Of a stretch of DNA of 64,000 nt, positions 12,660 through 24,694 are shown piece by piece. The stretch comes from Nemertoderma westbladi (Eukaryota; Animalia; Xenacoelomorpha): assembly GCA_032718475.1 (NCBI GenBank), contig JAUCBJ010008463.1, forward strand, positions 5,522 to 69,521, given 5' to 3'. The notes below the pieces were generated by a model. That model was not told the origin of the DNA and did no database searches. It saw only the letters and a program-made list of their open reading frames with translations. The translations under genes and the position numbers were made by a program. Position 1 is the stretch's first letter; every line of letters begins with the position of its first letter.

Positions 12660-13576
12660 CATGGAATACCGGTACTAAATATACACGGAACCAGATAGAT
12701 GTCCGATTTCACGAGTCATTCTTTTTATTGCTTTAATCTATTGTACTCGATGCATGAATAAAAATTTTGAAAAAAAAATTGGTGGTCATCGATCTCGTTG
12801 CCATGGCAACAGAGATTAAATTGTTGCGTGCATCACTATCTAAATCGCTATATCGTCAACACTACTTGGCTGAGTAATTCCATAGTAACTATGATAGAAC
12901 GCATTACTGTAGTTCTTCTAGAAGGCCTTGGTTGTACAATACAATTTCACAGGGTTAAACGACACGACAGTGCGAAATCAGATTAGAACATACAGTACTG
13001 TATACCACACCTCTATAGCTAAGGTTAAAACACACCGTGTCCTACCTACAGTACAGTATATAAATTAATAACGAATGCCTGGTGTTTGTTGTGTACCTAA
13101 TTGTGGGGTGAGGGCCGGGCCTAGTGCTACGGTATACTGTATACCCAAGGACACATCAACTAGGGACAAGTGGCTTAAAGCAGTGAGAAAGCCAGGTGTG
13201 TTTTCCTGCGACAGTTTGGGTGTCTGTTGCAGACATTTTTCACAAAGCGATTTCATTGCTAAGCCATTTAAAAGAAAAGAGCTGAGAGATTCCGCTGTGC
13301 CATCATTATGTCTACCAGGATCAGAGAAGAGTGAAACAACACTTTCTAAACGTGTTAACTTCTATGGTAGACGCAAAAAACCAACAAACCGGATAACACT
13401 GACAAAGGACTTAGATAGGGACCAAGAGTCAACATTTAGAGACTTCGATCAACTGGTGGGTGTGACAGTTACTTACAAAAAGTATTTCAGTACCTATTTT
13501 AAGTAAGCTAAGTACGCTAAGGCGAGCCTTAGTGTACTGGTATCATTAGGCAACGGTGTATATTTAGTATTCCATG
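12660..13576 (+). mobile_element. Internally deleted P/Galileo-superfamily DNA transposon
   Basis: TIR CATGGAATACTAAATATACAC at both ends (left copy has a 6-bp insert); 7-bp TSD TGTCGAT (12653-12659 and 13577-13583); THAP ORF inside. Confidence 0.8.
13075..13506 (+). CDS. THAP zinc-finger protein (N-terminus of a truncated P-type transposase), 143 aa
   Basis: THAP signature CCVPNC...P...W...VCCRHF...AVPSL; no catalytic domain. Confidence 0.75.
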   Translation: MPGVCCVPNCGVRAGPSATVYCIPKDTSTRDKWLKAVRKPGVFSCDSLGVCCRHFSQSDFIAKPFKRKELRDSAVPSLCLPGSEKSETTLSKRVNFYGRRKKPTNRITLTKDLDRDQESTFRDFDQLVGVTVTYKKYFSTYFK

Positions 13577-14167
13577 TGTCGATCTATCATCATACCGAAT
13601 TTCGTAGCATTTTATTGAAATTTGAAAAGAATTAGGGGCTCCGACCCCCTAAAAATGGTTGTCGTATTAAGGGTATATGGTTATAGAATCATAATTTCCC
13701 AAATAAATTTCAAACTTATCGTGAAAATCTAAGCAAACATTGGTAAATCAAGTAAGAATACTGGTAATTTTATTAGATTATGTTACACGGTATGTTACAC
13801 AATATTAATATTATTAGTTTTAATATGAGCATTAATTCCCAGAATACTTGTTGTTTAAGTTGTCATATCAACTGATACATTTTTGACTCACACATACACT
13901 TTGATACCGAGAAAGGGCGGTGGAAGTTTTGCGCAAATCCAATCTCGGCGAATTAATATATTGTCTTAATGTTAAATGATCAATTAAGGTAAAAGGACCA
14001 GGTTACAGTTCACGTTATTCTAAACAAAACAATAAACTAAAGACAATAATTAGGCGATTCATAGTAACAATAACGGTCTTGATGCAAGTAGTTGTAGTTC
14101 CCTAAGTTTGTAAATATTCTTTATGATGTCATTATTTATGTCCTTATTATCATTCTATCATTATAAA

Positions 14168-14567
14168 GCAGCCTGTCCAATTAGCTGAGGGGCCTTTGTG
14201 CTCCCTCTAGTGATTCTGAGAGTTCTCCTATGTCATCAGCAAAGTCTAGATCAGTTAGGTACTTTGCAGGATTTCCTCGACTTCTGGAGCCAGTGGGCGG
14301 AGTTACCATGACACCCCATCATCATTATGATGATTTAAGGATACGCGTAGAACATAGTCAACCACAATAATGAACAGGAATGGTGCAAGTGTATCTCCCT
14401 GGAGGACTCCCCATAACACTTCGAATCGTGTGTCACTGTCAACAGTAGACACAAATGTCGTCGAACCGTCATGTACTGCAATAATTTCATCAGGAATCCC
14501 ATATAGTGAAAGTATGCTGAACATACATAAGCGAGAGACTGAAAGGAAGGCCTTGAAGAAGTCAACA
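14168..14567 (-). mobile_element. RTE-like LINE reverse transcriptase fragment (family A)
   Basis: Near-identical to 27050-27357 and 22447-22560; GVLQGDTLAPFLF and DFADD motifs. Confidence 0.85.
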
Positions 14568-14716
14568 GAGGCTGATATAAAGCTGATAATATAATATCAA
14601 ATAAGGCTGATATAATGATTATTATTCAGGCCGGATAGTTATAAAACCGAAAATAACGAAAAAAGAGAAATTATCAACGAAACTATCGAAATTATTTCGC
14701 CCCATTTTCGACCTTA

Positions 14717-15199
14717 AAAAAGTAATTTAATACCAAATACTGTCTGCTGGTTGGTTGTTAGCTGTTGACCAATGGCGGCTTGGATGAATCAATTCAGCAT
14801 CAGCAGGCAGTGTACTGGACAACTGGTGTATTACAAGCAAGGTACAGCCTGGAGGTGTAAGGTTAAAGGAACCGGTCCGGTCAGCCAGTACCCTAACCCA
14901 ACACTGCATACGCATTACGGCGTACGGTACCTTCGCGTTGTAGGTGTACACTGTACAGTGACTGCCAGGCAAGTAAGTAAGTGGCGAAGCGCGGCGAGTG
15001 AGTTTTTGGATTATAATTATATTCTATTATTATATTCCGAGGTTACAGTCCTGCAGTCGCAATGCAGTAACTGCTAGCAGTAGGCCTACACTCTGACTGT
15101 ACTGTCCTAATTTGAGCGCCATCTTGTGGTGTTTTGACATCATTGGATTACCCCTAATAACCAATCAACAGAGACAGTATTTGGTATTAAATTACTTTT
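14717..15199. mobile_element. Small MITE-like element
   Basis: IR AAAAGTAATTTAAATACCAAATACTGTC at 14717-14760 vs 15155-15199. Confidence 0.5.
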
Positions 15200-15242
15200 A
15201 GCGTCTTAAAATTAAAGCGTAAAAATTACTTTTATTTTTCTG

Positions 15243-16266
15243 CCCCTACCAGTAAGGGTGTCGGTATGTCTGTCCCTACCAGTCAGGGTGTCAGTCTGTC
15301 TGTCCCTTCCAGTCTGGGTGTCGGTATGTCTTTCCCTATCAGTCAGGGTGTCGGTTTGTCGGTCGCTACTAGTCAGGGTCTCGGTTTGTTGGTCCCTACC
15401 AGTCAGAATGTCGGTTTGTCAGTTCCTACCAGTCTGGGTGTCGGTTTCTCGGTCCCTACCATTCTTTGTGTCGGTTTGTCTATCTCTGGAAATGGATTGT
15501 TTTCGGCTGGAACCCAGTTCAGTCACCCTCATAATCTCTTCCCAAACGTTCCTGGTTATTCAGAAGAGATCGGAACATCTCTTCTTCCCGACGATTCCTC
15601 TCTTCTGCTACAACGCGATCACTCTCTAAACGTGCGGCATCTTTATCGTAAAGTTTCTCCATCATTTGAGTAAACATTCTCGCCTGATTTTCCATCTGTT
15701 GTTGCATAACAGTACTGAACATTTGTGCGATGTTGCTCAAGTCAGTTGCCAACCCTGTATCACCTCCTGCAGCACCCTTCGATGTCTGTTTCGACTTTTT
15801 CTCCTCACTCATTGCTGCTTTTCTAATCTCCCCGTGATAAATATCTTTCGTTTCTTCGGCAGTTTGACGAGTAACACGCTCCAGTTCTGCTACTTACCGC
15901 ATAACCCACCTCTAGATGTTAAACATAAGCCTGTATACCCTTACCCTATAGATCGTAGTGAATGCAGCCGGTGGGACCTCCATGTAATAAGCTATCTCAT
16001 CATGCTCTTATCTGCATCAACCCGATCATATAAATAACGTAGTCTGTTGCTTATACTTGGTTCATCATAATATAGGGACTGTATAATAAAATATAATAAC
16101 AAAATATAATCACATCAGTACATCACCAATTGATCTCCATAATAATATCATCATATATATAGTTTAGTTATATTAGCAACAAATACTACCACGTTCTACA
16201 GGCCTATGCCTAACCTAAAACAAAGTAAAGGCTATACGCTACCGATACTGTTATATTCCTATTACA
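15243..16266 (-). mobile_element. Probable 5' fragment of an LTR retrotransposon (LTR about 15917-16266, gag-like ORF 15519-15812, 30-bp repeat array 15243-15485)
   Basis: TG...CA-bounded 350-bp segment followed on the minus strand by a coiled-coil-like ORF and about 8 copies of CCCTACCAGTCAGGGTGTCGGTTTGTCTGT; related repeats at 17246-17400. Confidence 0.4.
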
Positions 16267-17246
16267 CTATGGACTCATAGTGGACCCAGTTGTCACAAGT
16301 CCCAGATAGACCATATTCTGTTTCGTAGGAAATACAGGAGCTCTATACAAGACTGTAATGCATTTACACTTCGACCCTTCTCCAGTGATCACCGCCTTAT
16401 TGTGGCCAAGGTAAGACTTAGTCTGCGTGCTAGCAGAACAACGAAATCTGCCTTGCCGCGGCATGACAGGTCCTCTCTGTTGCAACAGCCAACTGTGAGA
16501 TCCAGCTTCACACTACAGCTGAGCAACAGGTATGAGGTTCTTGCCTCTGAGGCGGCAGATCACTGTGAGTGCTATACTGCCTTCACAGAAGCAGTTAAGT
16601 TAGCAGCTGCAGAAACATTTCCTGTATACCCTCGAAACAGGAAAAGGGCCCCCTGGACTGACAACAAAACTCAGAAGTGCCTAAATGACCTCTATAAGGC
16701 GCAGAAAGAGTCCCGACTCAAACAGACTACAGTGGCCAAGAATGCAGTTATGGCTGCATCTTGGTCCCTGAACAGGCAGTACTCTGTTAATCTACAGGAG
16801 CTAATAAACCAACAGGTTGATGCCATCAATGATGCTGACGACAGCAGGCAATCATCCCAGGCATGGAGATCGATCAACTTGCTTACTGGTGCACACATCT
16901 CCAATCAGACACCATATAACATTGGAGGTGTCTCATTGGTTCCCCCAAGCTTGACACTAGAACAAAATCGCCTCCGCTTTGCAGGACATTACTTTCGCCG
17001 TGAGGACCAGCCAGTGCATAATCTTGTACTTTGGCAGCCTCATGGAGTGCATAAGCATGGTGGACAGCCTATGGGTTTCTTGAGACGCATCTTAAAAGGA
17101 CACTGGCCTTGAAGATGCGGATGATCTAGCAAATGTCATGGGTGATAAGGAGTTGTAGCGGCGCAATTTTGTCGACAAGCCGGCACAGCATTCTTAAAAA
17201 TGCAGCTGCAATGCAGCATGCCGATCCTATTAGTAGTAGTAGTAGT
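16267..17246 (+). mobile_element. RTE-like LINE (family A) with the RT domain deleted; (TAG)n tail
   Basis: APE C-terminal motif ..DHIL..SDHRLIVAKVRL joined at about 16890 to a C-terminus matching 22958-23290; TAG repeats at 17230-17246. Confidence 0.85.
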
Positions 17247-17574
17247 GCCGGTTTGTCGGTCCCTACCATTCTGTGTGTCGGTTTGTCCCTACCAATCTGG
17301 GTGTCGGTTTATCCATCCCTACCATAGTCCGGGTGTGGGTTTGCCCGTCACTACCAGTCAGGTGGTTTGACCGTTCCTACCAGGATGGGTTTTACATCAG
17401 TCCCACATGGAGTCAGTTTAGGTATGTCAGTGCCTCCAGTCTCAGCTGGTGCTCTTTTTAGGATTTAGGATTACCAATTCAGAGTAGTACAAGTGTTAAA
17501 TTTCCTGCTGATAAATATTTTCACTGTTTTCTGGGTGTTTTACTGTTTTACTAGTGTTTTCCTAATTTAGAACT

Positions 17575-19320
17575 ATTTTGGTGACAGGGGATAATCAGCC
17601 AGATATGGTGTTGCTTAAAATAGATTTCAGCAATGCCTTTAACTCCATTCGAAGGGATGCCATGCTCAAATCTATCCATAAGTACCATCATTCCATTTAC
17701 AATTACACCTTCGTGGCATATGGGGATGCCGCCTTTCTTCTCCACAGTGACAAAACTCTGCTTTCTGATGAGGGTGTTTAACAGGGCGATCCCTCCACGC
17801 TTCAGTCATACGCTAAATCCCATCATCCAGACATTGATGTCTTCCTTCAATGTCTGGTAGTTGGATGATGGCAACTTCCACATTGTCTTGGATGACTTGA
17901 AGAAGATCATCATAGAAGGGAGGAGATGTAGACTGTCGATAAACCCCAGGAAGAGTGAGCTGTTCTTCCTAAATAGGTCAGAGATGGAGGATTCTCGCTC
18001 GCAGATCCTTGTCGAGTTTGATGCCATCCGTCCTGGAATTCAGTTTCCTCTGTTGGACCAGTTGACCATGCTGGGTGCGGGTGTCCCAATAGAGACACAG
18101 CCATTGCTTCTTGTGGGGGATCTTTCCACACTTGCTACCCGGCTGCTGTTCCTCGATGCCTACCATGAGTATTTCCTTCTGAAGAACTCATTTGCGATTC
18201 CTTGGCTGATGTACTTTCTACGGACAGCTCCATGCTTTCGTTTCCCAGGTCAGCTCATGGCCTATGATCGGGTTCTCCCCAGTGCCATCCAAGATGTCGC
18301 TAACTGTCACATATATGACCCTGCCTGGTCCCAAGGTATGTCTCCAGCACGGATGGGCAGTCTGGATTGAGCGCAGCAGTGCAGCATGCACCCTCCGCCT
18401 TTTTGGCTTCTGCGGCTGCCTGCAAAGCTCTGTCCAACTGCTTATTCCCTTCAGTAGTGGCAGACTCAAGCCCAGCTACGGAGTTAGCCCATACGCTTTG
18501 GAATAGTATGCCATCAACCGGTTCACCACCACCTACAACAACCATTCAGATGGTGCGGATGTCCCCTGTTCATGATGCGAACATAGCCACTCTCCGGTGT
18601 GCTGCCCCACCATTGGGCCTTATTGCCACACTTAACTCGCTGGATGACCCCACAGCCGGCTGCTGGCTCAATGCATTGACCTGTTCCTCCCTTGGGTCTG
18701 AAACTCGATATTATGCAGTTTTGCATCCTATCGCTACAAGACTGGGGTGTAAGGTCATCAAACCCCAAATCTGCTGGACATCATTCGACGGGTGATGGTT
18801 AGTTTTGGGGTGCCTTCACTCCTACAGCCCCGAGGTTTATGTCGGAGCGACGGGGGAGGGGGGGGGGGGGGGGGTGGAAGGCTTTACAAATGACCCCGTA
18901 GTCAGAGGGCCGAACCCTAGCATGGGATGCCACACTGATAGATCCGCTGGCCCCCAGCGACATTCAACAGACAAATTGTCACTGGGGGACGCACTGCAGA
19001 GGGGGCAGAGCAAACTAAAAATGCTAAAGTATCACGACCTAGTGGACCGGGGCCACTTCTTTCATCCCGTGGATTTGGAGACGATGCTCTGGCCCACAGA
19101 CCTCCACCTTCCTCCCAGGAGATCGGCAATCAGTTTTTGCCACAAAGCCTAGAGATATGGCAATTTTGATCGGCAATGCTGCATCAGTCATCGCACACCT
19201 ACCATTGGGCTATTCGGGGATTAAACTCCTAAAAGTTTTATTTTCTGTCGGAATGTGTCTGTCTGTTGATATTTTCTATATCATTTATAATGGATTATAA
19301 TAATAATTTAAATAAAAAAA
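17575..19320 (+). mobile_element. Degraded CRE-clade (RLE-type) non-LTR retrotransposon
   Basis: Frameshifted motifs KIDFSNAFNSIRR, GV*QGDP, W*LDDG, AFLAS, GCWLNALTCSSLG, KYHDL..FFHPVDLET; A-rich 3' end. Confidence 0.75.
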
Positions 19321-20034
19321 GTGATTGAATTAATTACTCACCGTGTCTTCGAATTAAAACGAAAACCATAAACTGATTAAGTAAAAAAAAAACAATTAAA
19401 AAAAAAAATAAGTAAAAAATAACACATCGAAGAAAAAATTGAAGTAAAAAATTACTCACAAAAAAATACCAAAGGCGCGAATACCTAAAATGACCCATGG
19501 CTACCATCACCCCAGAATCAGTTAACGCTAGACGCAGGACTGCCATTAAAACAGTAATAAATAAAAATAAACTCCTAATAAATTAAATAAATAAATTATT
19601 GGTCCAGGGTTGCCATTAAAAAAAATTTATAAAATATTATAGAAACAATTATATTTAATTTATTAAAATTATAAAATCATCCCTCATGGCCCAGGTCTAA
19701 AAATTATAAAAAGTGTAAATTATTGAGCATTGTCAAAGTCATCATTTCTGCACCAGCTCCCGGCGCAAGTTGAAAAGAGGCGGCGAACGTGTTCGGTGTA
19801 CCCTTGTAACTGTAAGTACAGCAGTACACTGCCTTATCAGCTGATTGTGCAATTTACATCACAGCAGCAGGGAGCAGGCAAGTGCAGAAGTGGCATAACC
19901 AGTCTGCCTTTACCCTACAGCCCAGCAGCCCTAGGTTTGCTTCAGTTCTATCTTACTGTCAGACTGTCTTAGTTAGGCCTATTTCCTGATTTCAATATTT
20001 TATATTCCTCTATTTCAGTATTTGCTGATTTGGA

Positions 20035-21207
20035 ATGCCGAAACACGAATTCCTTACGCCGAAGGCGATATCCAACAGAATCAAATCGAAAGGACTCCAG
20101 AAACTTAGATGGTACTGCCAAATGTGCCAAAAACAGTGCCGTGACGAGAACGGATTCAAGTGTCACACCGCCTCGGAGTCCCACCAACGACAGATCCTTC
20201 TGTTCGCAGACAATCCCGACAAATACCTAACCTACTTCTCGGAAGAGTTTCTCGATGGGTTTATGGAGTTGTTACGTCGCCGATTCGGTACAAAACGGAT
20301 CCTTTGTAATGTGGTTTACAACGAGTACATCCACGACCGCGATCATATCCACATGAATTCCACGCAATGGGACACTTTGACCGAGTTCGTTAAGTGGTTG
20401 GGACGGGAGGGAAAGTGCAAAGTCGACGAGACCTCGAAGGGCTGGCATATAGCCTACATAGACAGACAGGCGGAGGCCTTGCAGAAACAACTCACTAAGG
20501 ATAAGAAGGAGAAGTTAGATTTGTGTGACGAAGAGAGAATGATGGCGTTTATAAATAAACAGGTAGAGTTGGATAGGGATCGATGTGTAGTCGAACGGGA
20601 GAGCACTGAGTTAGAAAGGGATGACGAATCCGAGAGAGTCGCTTTCAATTTCTCTAGTAAATCGAAAAGTGCGTCGGGTGAGGGAACCGAGACAGGCGGG
20701 GAAGCCAATAAACCTAGCGTTAGTAACTCCAACCCATTTGATTCGGGGAAAATTCAACCCATAAAATCGACTAAAAAGTCTAGTAGGCCTAGCAAACTAG
20801 AACGTAAGAGCAACCTGCGAGAGATAATGGAAGAGGAGTCGGCAAAACGAGTAAAATTATCGGGTAGAGGGTTGTTAGAAGGAATTGTTGTTAAAATTGT
20901 AAATAAACGGATCGGTGACGCTTTCTATAAGAAGAAAGCGGTTGTAACTAAAGTTGTTGATACTAGCGTTGCTATGGTAACTTTAATCGATACCAGGGAT
21001 GTTATTAAGGTTAACGAGGGCGATGTAGAGACTGTTATCCCTTCGTTAGGTCGTCATGTAGTTTTACTGAGCGGCTTTCGCAGAGGACAACGTGGAGTTC
21101 TAGAGAAACTCCACGAAGATACTTTCTCTATAACGGTTCGATTAAAATCCGGAGAAACTGTTTCTAATGTTCGTTATGAAGATGTTAGTAAACTGCATTT
21201 TGAGTAG
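20035..21207 (+). CDS. KIN: DNA/RNA-binding protein KIN17, 390 aa, single coding exon
   Basis: KSKGLQKLRWYCQMCQKQCRDENGFKCH zinc finger, HIHMNSTQWDTL winged helix, C-terminal tandem KOW/SH3-like region (ETVIP...YEDVSKL); probable 5'UTR intron 19812-20018 (GTAAGT...TTTCAG). Confidence 0.97.
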   Translation: MPKHEFLTPKAISNRIKSKGLQKLRWYCQMCQKQCRDENGFKCHTASESHQRQILLFADNPDKYLTYFSEEFLDGFMELLRRRFGTKRILCNVVYNEYIHDRDHIHMNSTQWDTLTEFVKWLGREGKCKVDETSKGWHIAYIDRQAEALQKQLTKDKKEKLDLCDEERMMAFINKQVELDRDRCVVERESTELERDDESERVAFNFSSKSKSASGEGTETGGEANKPSVSNSNPFDSGKIQPIKSTKKSSRPSKLERKSNLREIMEEESAKRVKLSGRGLLEGIVVKIVNKRIGDAFYKKKAVVTKVVDTSVAMVTLIDTRDVIKVNEGDVETVIPSLGRHVVLLSGFRRGQRGVLEKLHEDTFSITVRLKSGETVSNVRYEDVSKLHFE

Positions 21208-21360
21208 TTGGTATAGTATTGTATTTCATATTATTATGTTGTTATTTATGAAAGTATAATCTTATTTATGTATTATTTTATTAAAGTAACGAATATTTAT
21301 ATAATATAAAACATAGAGCGAACAACAACTAATCAAACTACAATTTGTAACTATATACAT

Positions 21361-22349
21361 TAGAGTTGCAACAGAGACCTATTTTTCTTAATCCCGGTGA
21401 ACCAGAGCCCTACCCGGAGAATTATTTTGGAAAATACCGGAGACCAGAGCCGGAGATCAGAGACTTTGCTTATTTTTGTACTTACAATTTGATTACCCCC
21501 CTATAGCACAAACAGGTACAACGGCCTTAACTATTTTTCTATGTTCAATTACAGAAAGTAAATCCAACCCATTCCAACCCTTACCCATTGTAAGAAAATA
21601 AGCGCACGTACAGTTTGGGGGGCTTAATTAATATTAATTTGGTTATTTGTTTATTAATTCGTTCTTATTTTGTTATTGTTAATAATATGTTACATAATTT
21701 TGTTTTGCGCCATAGGTACCGGTACTTTGTTAATTAAAGGTACTTATTTTACAATTGTTCAAATCATATACATTTCAATGTACTATATAACTTAGTCATT
21801 TACGAATACTTAGTGCACAGGTATAGTGCTCTACTCGCCCCATTTACAAGCCTCGTTACGCTCGTTCTCTCCATTTGGTCGTCATATTATCTATCCTATA
21901 ACAAATTGAATGGAGATCAGCCCTTTCTTTCACTTTTAAACATTATGGGTGCTCAAATTAAGCACCCTTATCCTTAAATAAGAACGACCTTTAGGTGCTA
22001 ATTTAACTTAAAATTAAACGCACCTTAAATTAATTAAATAGAAGATTATCGGTACATTTATTAGAAATAGTGTAAAAGTGAATATATAATTGTGTTGAAG
22101 TGGTGTATGAAAAATAGTTAAAAATTAAAGATAATTAATTGTAAAAAATTGTGAAAAATATCTTCATTTCACATTTTGTGTTGTACAGGATCTATTTTTA
22201 AATAACTAATTCTAATTTGTAAAATCACTGATCTCTGGGTAAAATGTCTGTTTTCAATACCCGGGAACCAGAGACCTATCCGGAGACCAAAAAATAGCCC
22301 GGAGAATCCAGAGAACAGAGATCAGTTACAAGTCTCTGTTGCAACTCTA
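21361..22349. mobile_element. hAT-type MITE
   Basis: 18-bp TIR TAGAGTTGCAACAGAGAC; perfect 8-bp TSD ATATACAT; subterminal CCGGAGA repeats. Confidence 0.9.
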
Positions 22350-22414
22350 ATATACATACATAATAATTGTGTAGGTGAACTGACGTAATGATTGAATATA
22401 TTGCCATAACAATG

Positions 22415-24460
22415 TAATAACTATTTACTTACTTGTGTCTTACTTGAGTCGAGGAAATCCTGCCAAGTACCTAACTGATCTAGACTTTGCTGATGACTTA
22501 GGAGTACTCTCAGAATCACTAGAGGGAGCCCAACGGCTCCTCAGCTCATTAGAACATGCTGCTTCTAGTCTTGGTCTTTTTATTAACTCCAGAAAGACCA
22601 AAATTTTGACAGTTAACTTTGAAAGTTCTCAGCAAGTCTCTGATCGGATGAGCATAAGCTCAAAGGATGGTATGCTTGAGCATGTGGACGACTTCTGTTA
22701 CCTGGGATCATGGATCCGGAGTCAGGTGAGGACCTTCGAATACGTAAGGGAAAGGCATGGGCAGCCTTGAATAGGCTTTCCAGGATTTGGAAGTCACCGA
22801 GAATTAATCGGAAACTTAAGGTCCGATTATTTAGAGCAGCAGTAGTTCCAGTACTCCTCTATGGGAGTCCTTGCTGGGCTCTAACTGCTGAGGATACCAA
22901 ATCTCTGGATGGCACATTCACAAGAATGCTACGCCGGGTTCATTGTGTCAAGTACAATGCACACATCTCCAACCAGACACTATATAACATTGGAGGTGTC
23001 TCATTGGTTCCCCCAAGCTTGACACTAGAACAAAATCGCCTCCGCTTTGCAGGACATTGCTTTCGCCGTGAGGACCAGCCAGTGCATAATCTTGTACTTT
23101 GGCAGCCTCATGGAGTGTATAAGCATGGTGGACAGCCCATGACTTTCTTGAGACGCATCTTAAAGGACACTGGCCTTGAAGATGCGGATGATCTAGCAAA
23201 TGTCATGGGTGATAGGGAGTTGTGGCGGCGCAATTTTGTCGACAAGCCGGCACAGCATTCTTAAAAATGCAGCTGCAATGCAGCATGCCGATACTAGTAG
23301 TACTTGTGTCTAAAGTAGCACTTTACAGTGCGATGACGAACGTTGTTACGAACGACGTTATTGAGTGAGTGAAAATAAAGCCACGAGGATCAGAACACTG
23401 TAAAGTACTTTGCAACACGTATATGTAGTTTTATTCAAAAATTTTAACATTACGAAATGATTGTATATATATTATAAGTGATAGAAACTACACAAATTAT
23501 ATTAGTTGCTGTATAAATAAATGTAAAAATGACATAAATTATGTTATAAATATATTTATGGTGTCGTCCTACCGGTAGGTAATAAAGTAGGCCTATCTGG
23601 CTGTCAGGCAAATTCCAACTATTGTTTACGTGGTAACCAATGACGGCGTTAAGTAATGTCCACTAAGGGGATATTACTTGATTAACTACTAACACCAAAT
23701 ACAATACTAAATGTACAGGCCAATACAATGCTGTAATGTCCTCAAATGTTGTAAAGTGCTAAATAACAACTTGCTGTTAATACTAACAGCGTTGAGTAAT
23801 AAAGTACTTTATTCCAAAATTGTAACATTACTCAATGCCGTTACTATTAACAGCGAGTTGTTATTTAGCACTTTACAACTTTAAAGGGGTGTAAACGCTA
23901 CGCCGACAACCGACTGCCGACCACTTTAGAGGACATTACAGTATTGTATTGGCCTGTACAATTAGTATTCAGTATTGTATTTGTGTATTGTTATGTGGTA
24001 ATGTCCCATTGGCGTGACTTTACATCACGCTGTCATGGTTACCACATAAACAATAATTGGTATTTATTATTAATTGCCTGACAGCAGATAGGCCTACTGC
24101 AGTACCTACCGGTAGCTATTAATAACCAGTAGCTATAAACTATTAACATGGCTCCAAACGCCACCATAAATATAAGCTAACTTATTTATAACATAATTTA
24201 TGTCATTTTTACATTTATTTATACAGCAACTAATTTAATTTGTGCAGTTTCTATCACTTATAATATATGTACAATCATTTCGTAATGTTACAATTTTGGA
24301 ATAAAACTACACTACATACTTGTTGCAAAGTACTTTACAGTGTTCTGATCCTCGTGGCTTTATTTTCACTCACTCACTAACGTTCGTTCGTGTAACAAAG
24401 CCACTCGGATCATCACACTGTAAAGTGCTACTTTACACACAAGTATGTAAATAGTTATTA
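22415..24460. mobile_element. Long palindromic fold-back element (about 1.2 kb) with an RTE inserted in its left arm
   Basis: Arms 22415-22440 plus 23312-23800 mirror 23827-24460. Confidence 0.85.
22441..23300 (+). mobile_element. 5'-truncated RTE-like LINE (family A)
   Basis: DFADD, FCYLGS, LLYGS..W, RLRFAGH motifs with one frameshift; short TAG tail; 11-bp TSD TACTTGTGTCT (22430-22440 and 23301-23311). Confidence 0.92.
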
Positions 24461-24694
24461 CCACATGTTTTTGAGCATCGAAATATAAAATTTTTCACGT
24501 ATTGTTAACAATAATCGAGGTTGACAAAAGGGACCGAGAGCTTGTTATGAAGCCTCAACTAATTATTAAATATATTTATTACAGGGAAAGAAGGAGAATT
24601 AATAGCAAGCAAAATTAAGTTACGGTATAAATGCTACTGTAGCTTTCTGACTATAGTGTATAGTCCTTCGGGCGAAATAGAATATACAATATAC

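Larger units (their letters stand above)
11914..13681. mobile_element. Fold-back (palindromic) non-autonomous DNA element, about 850 bp, interrupted by a P-like insertion
   Basis: Terminal IR 11914-12007 vs 13603-13681; internal near-palindrome 12006-12653. Confidence 0.8.

Noticed and set aside
15258-15673. Plus-strand repetitive ORFs (VSVCLSLPV / SVPTSQGV) as genes
   Set aside because: Open only because the 30-bp repeat lacks stops in those frames
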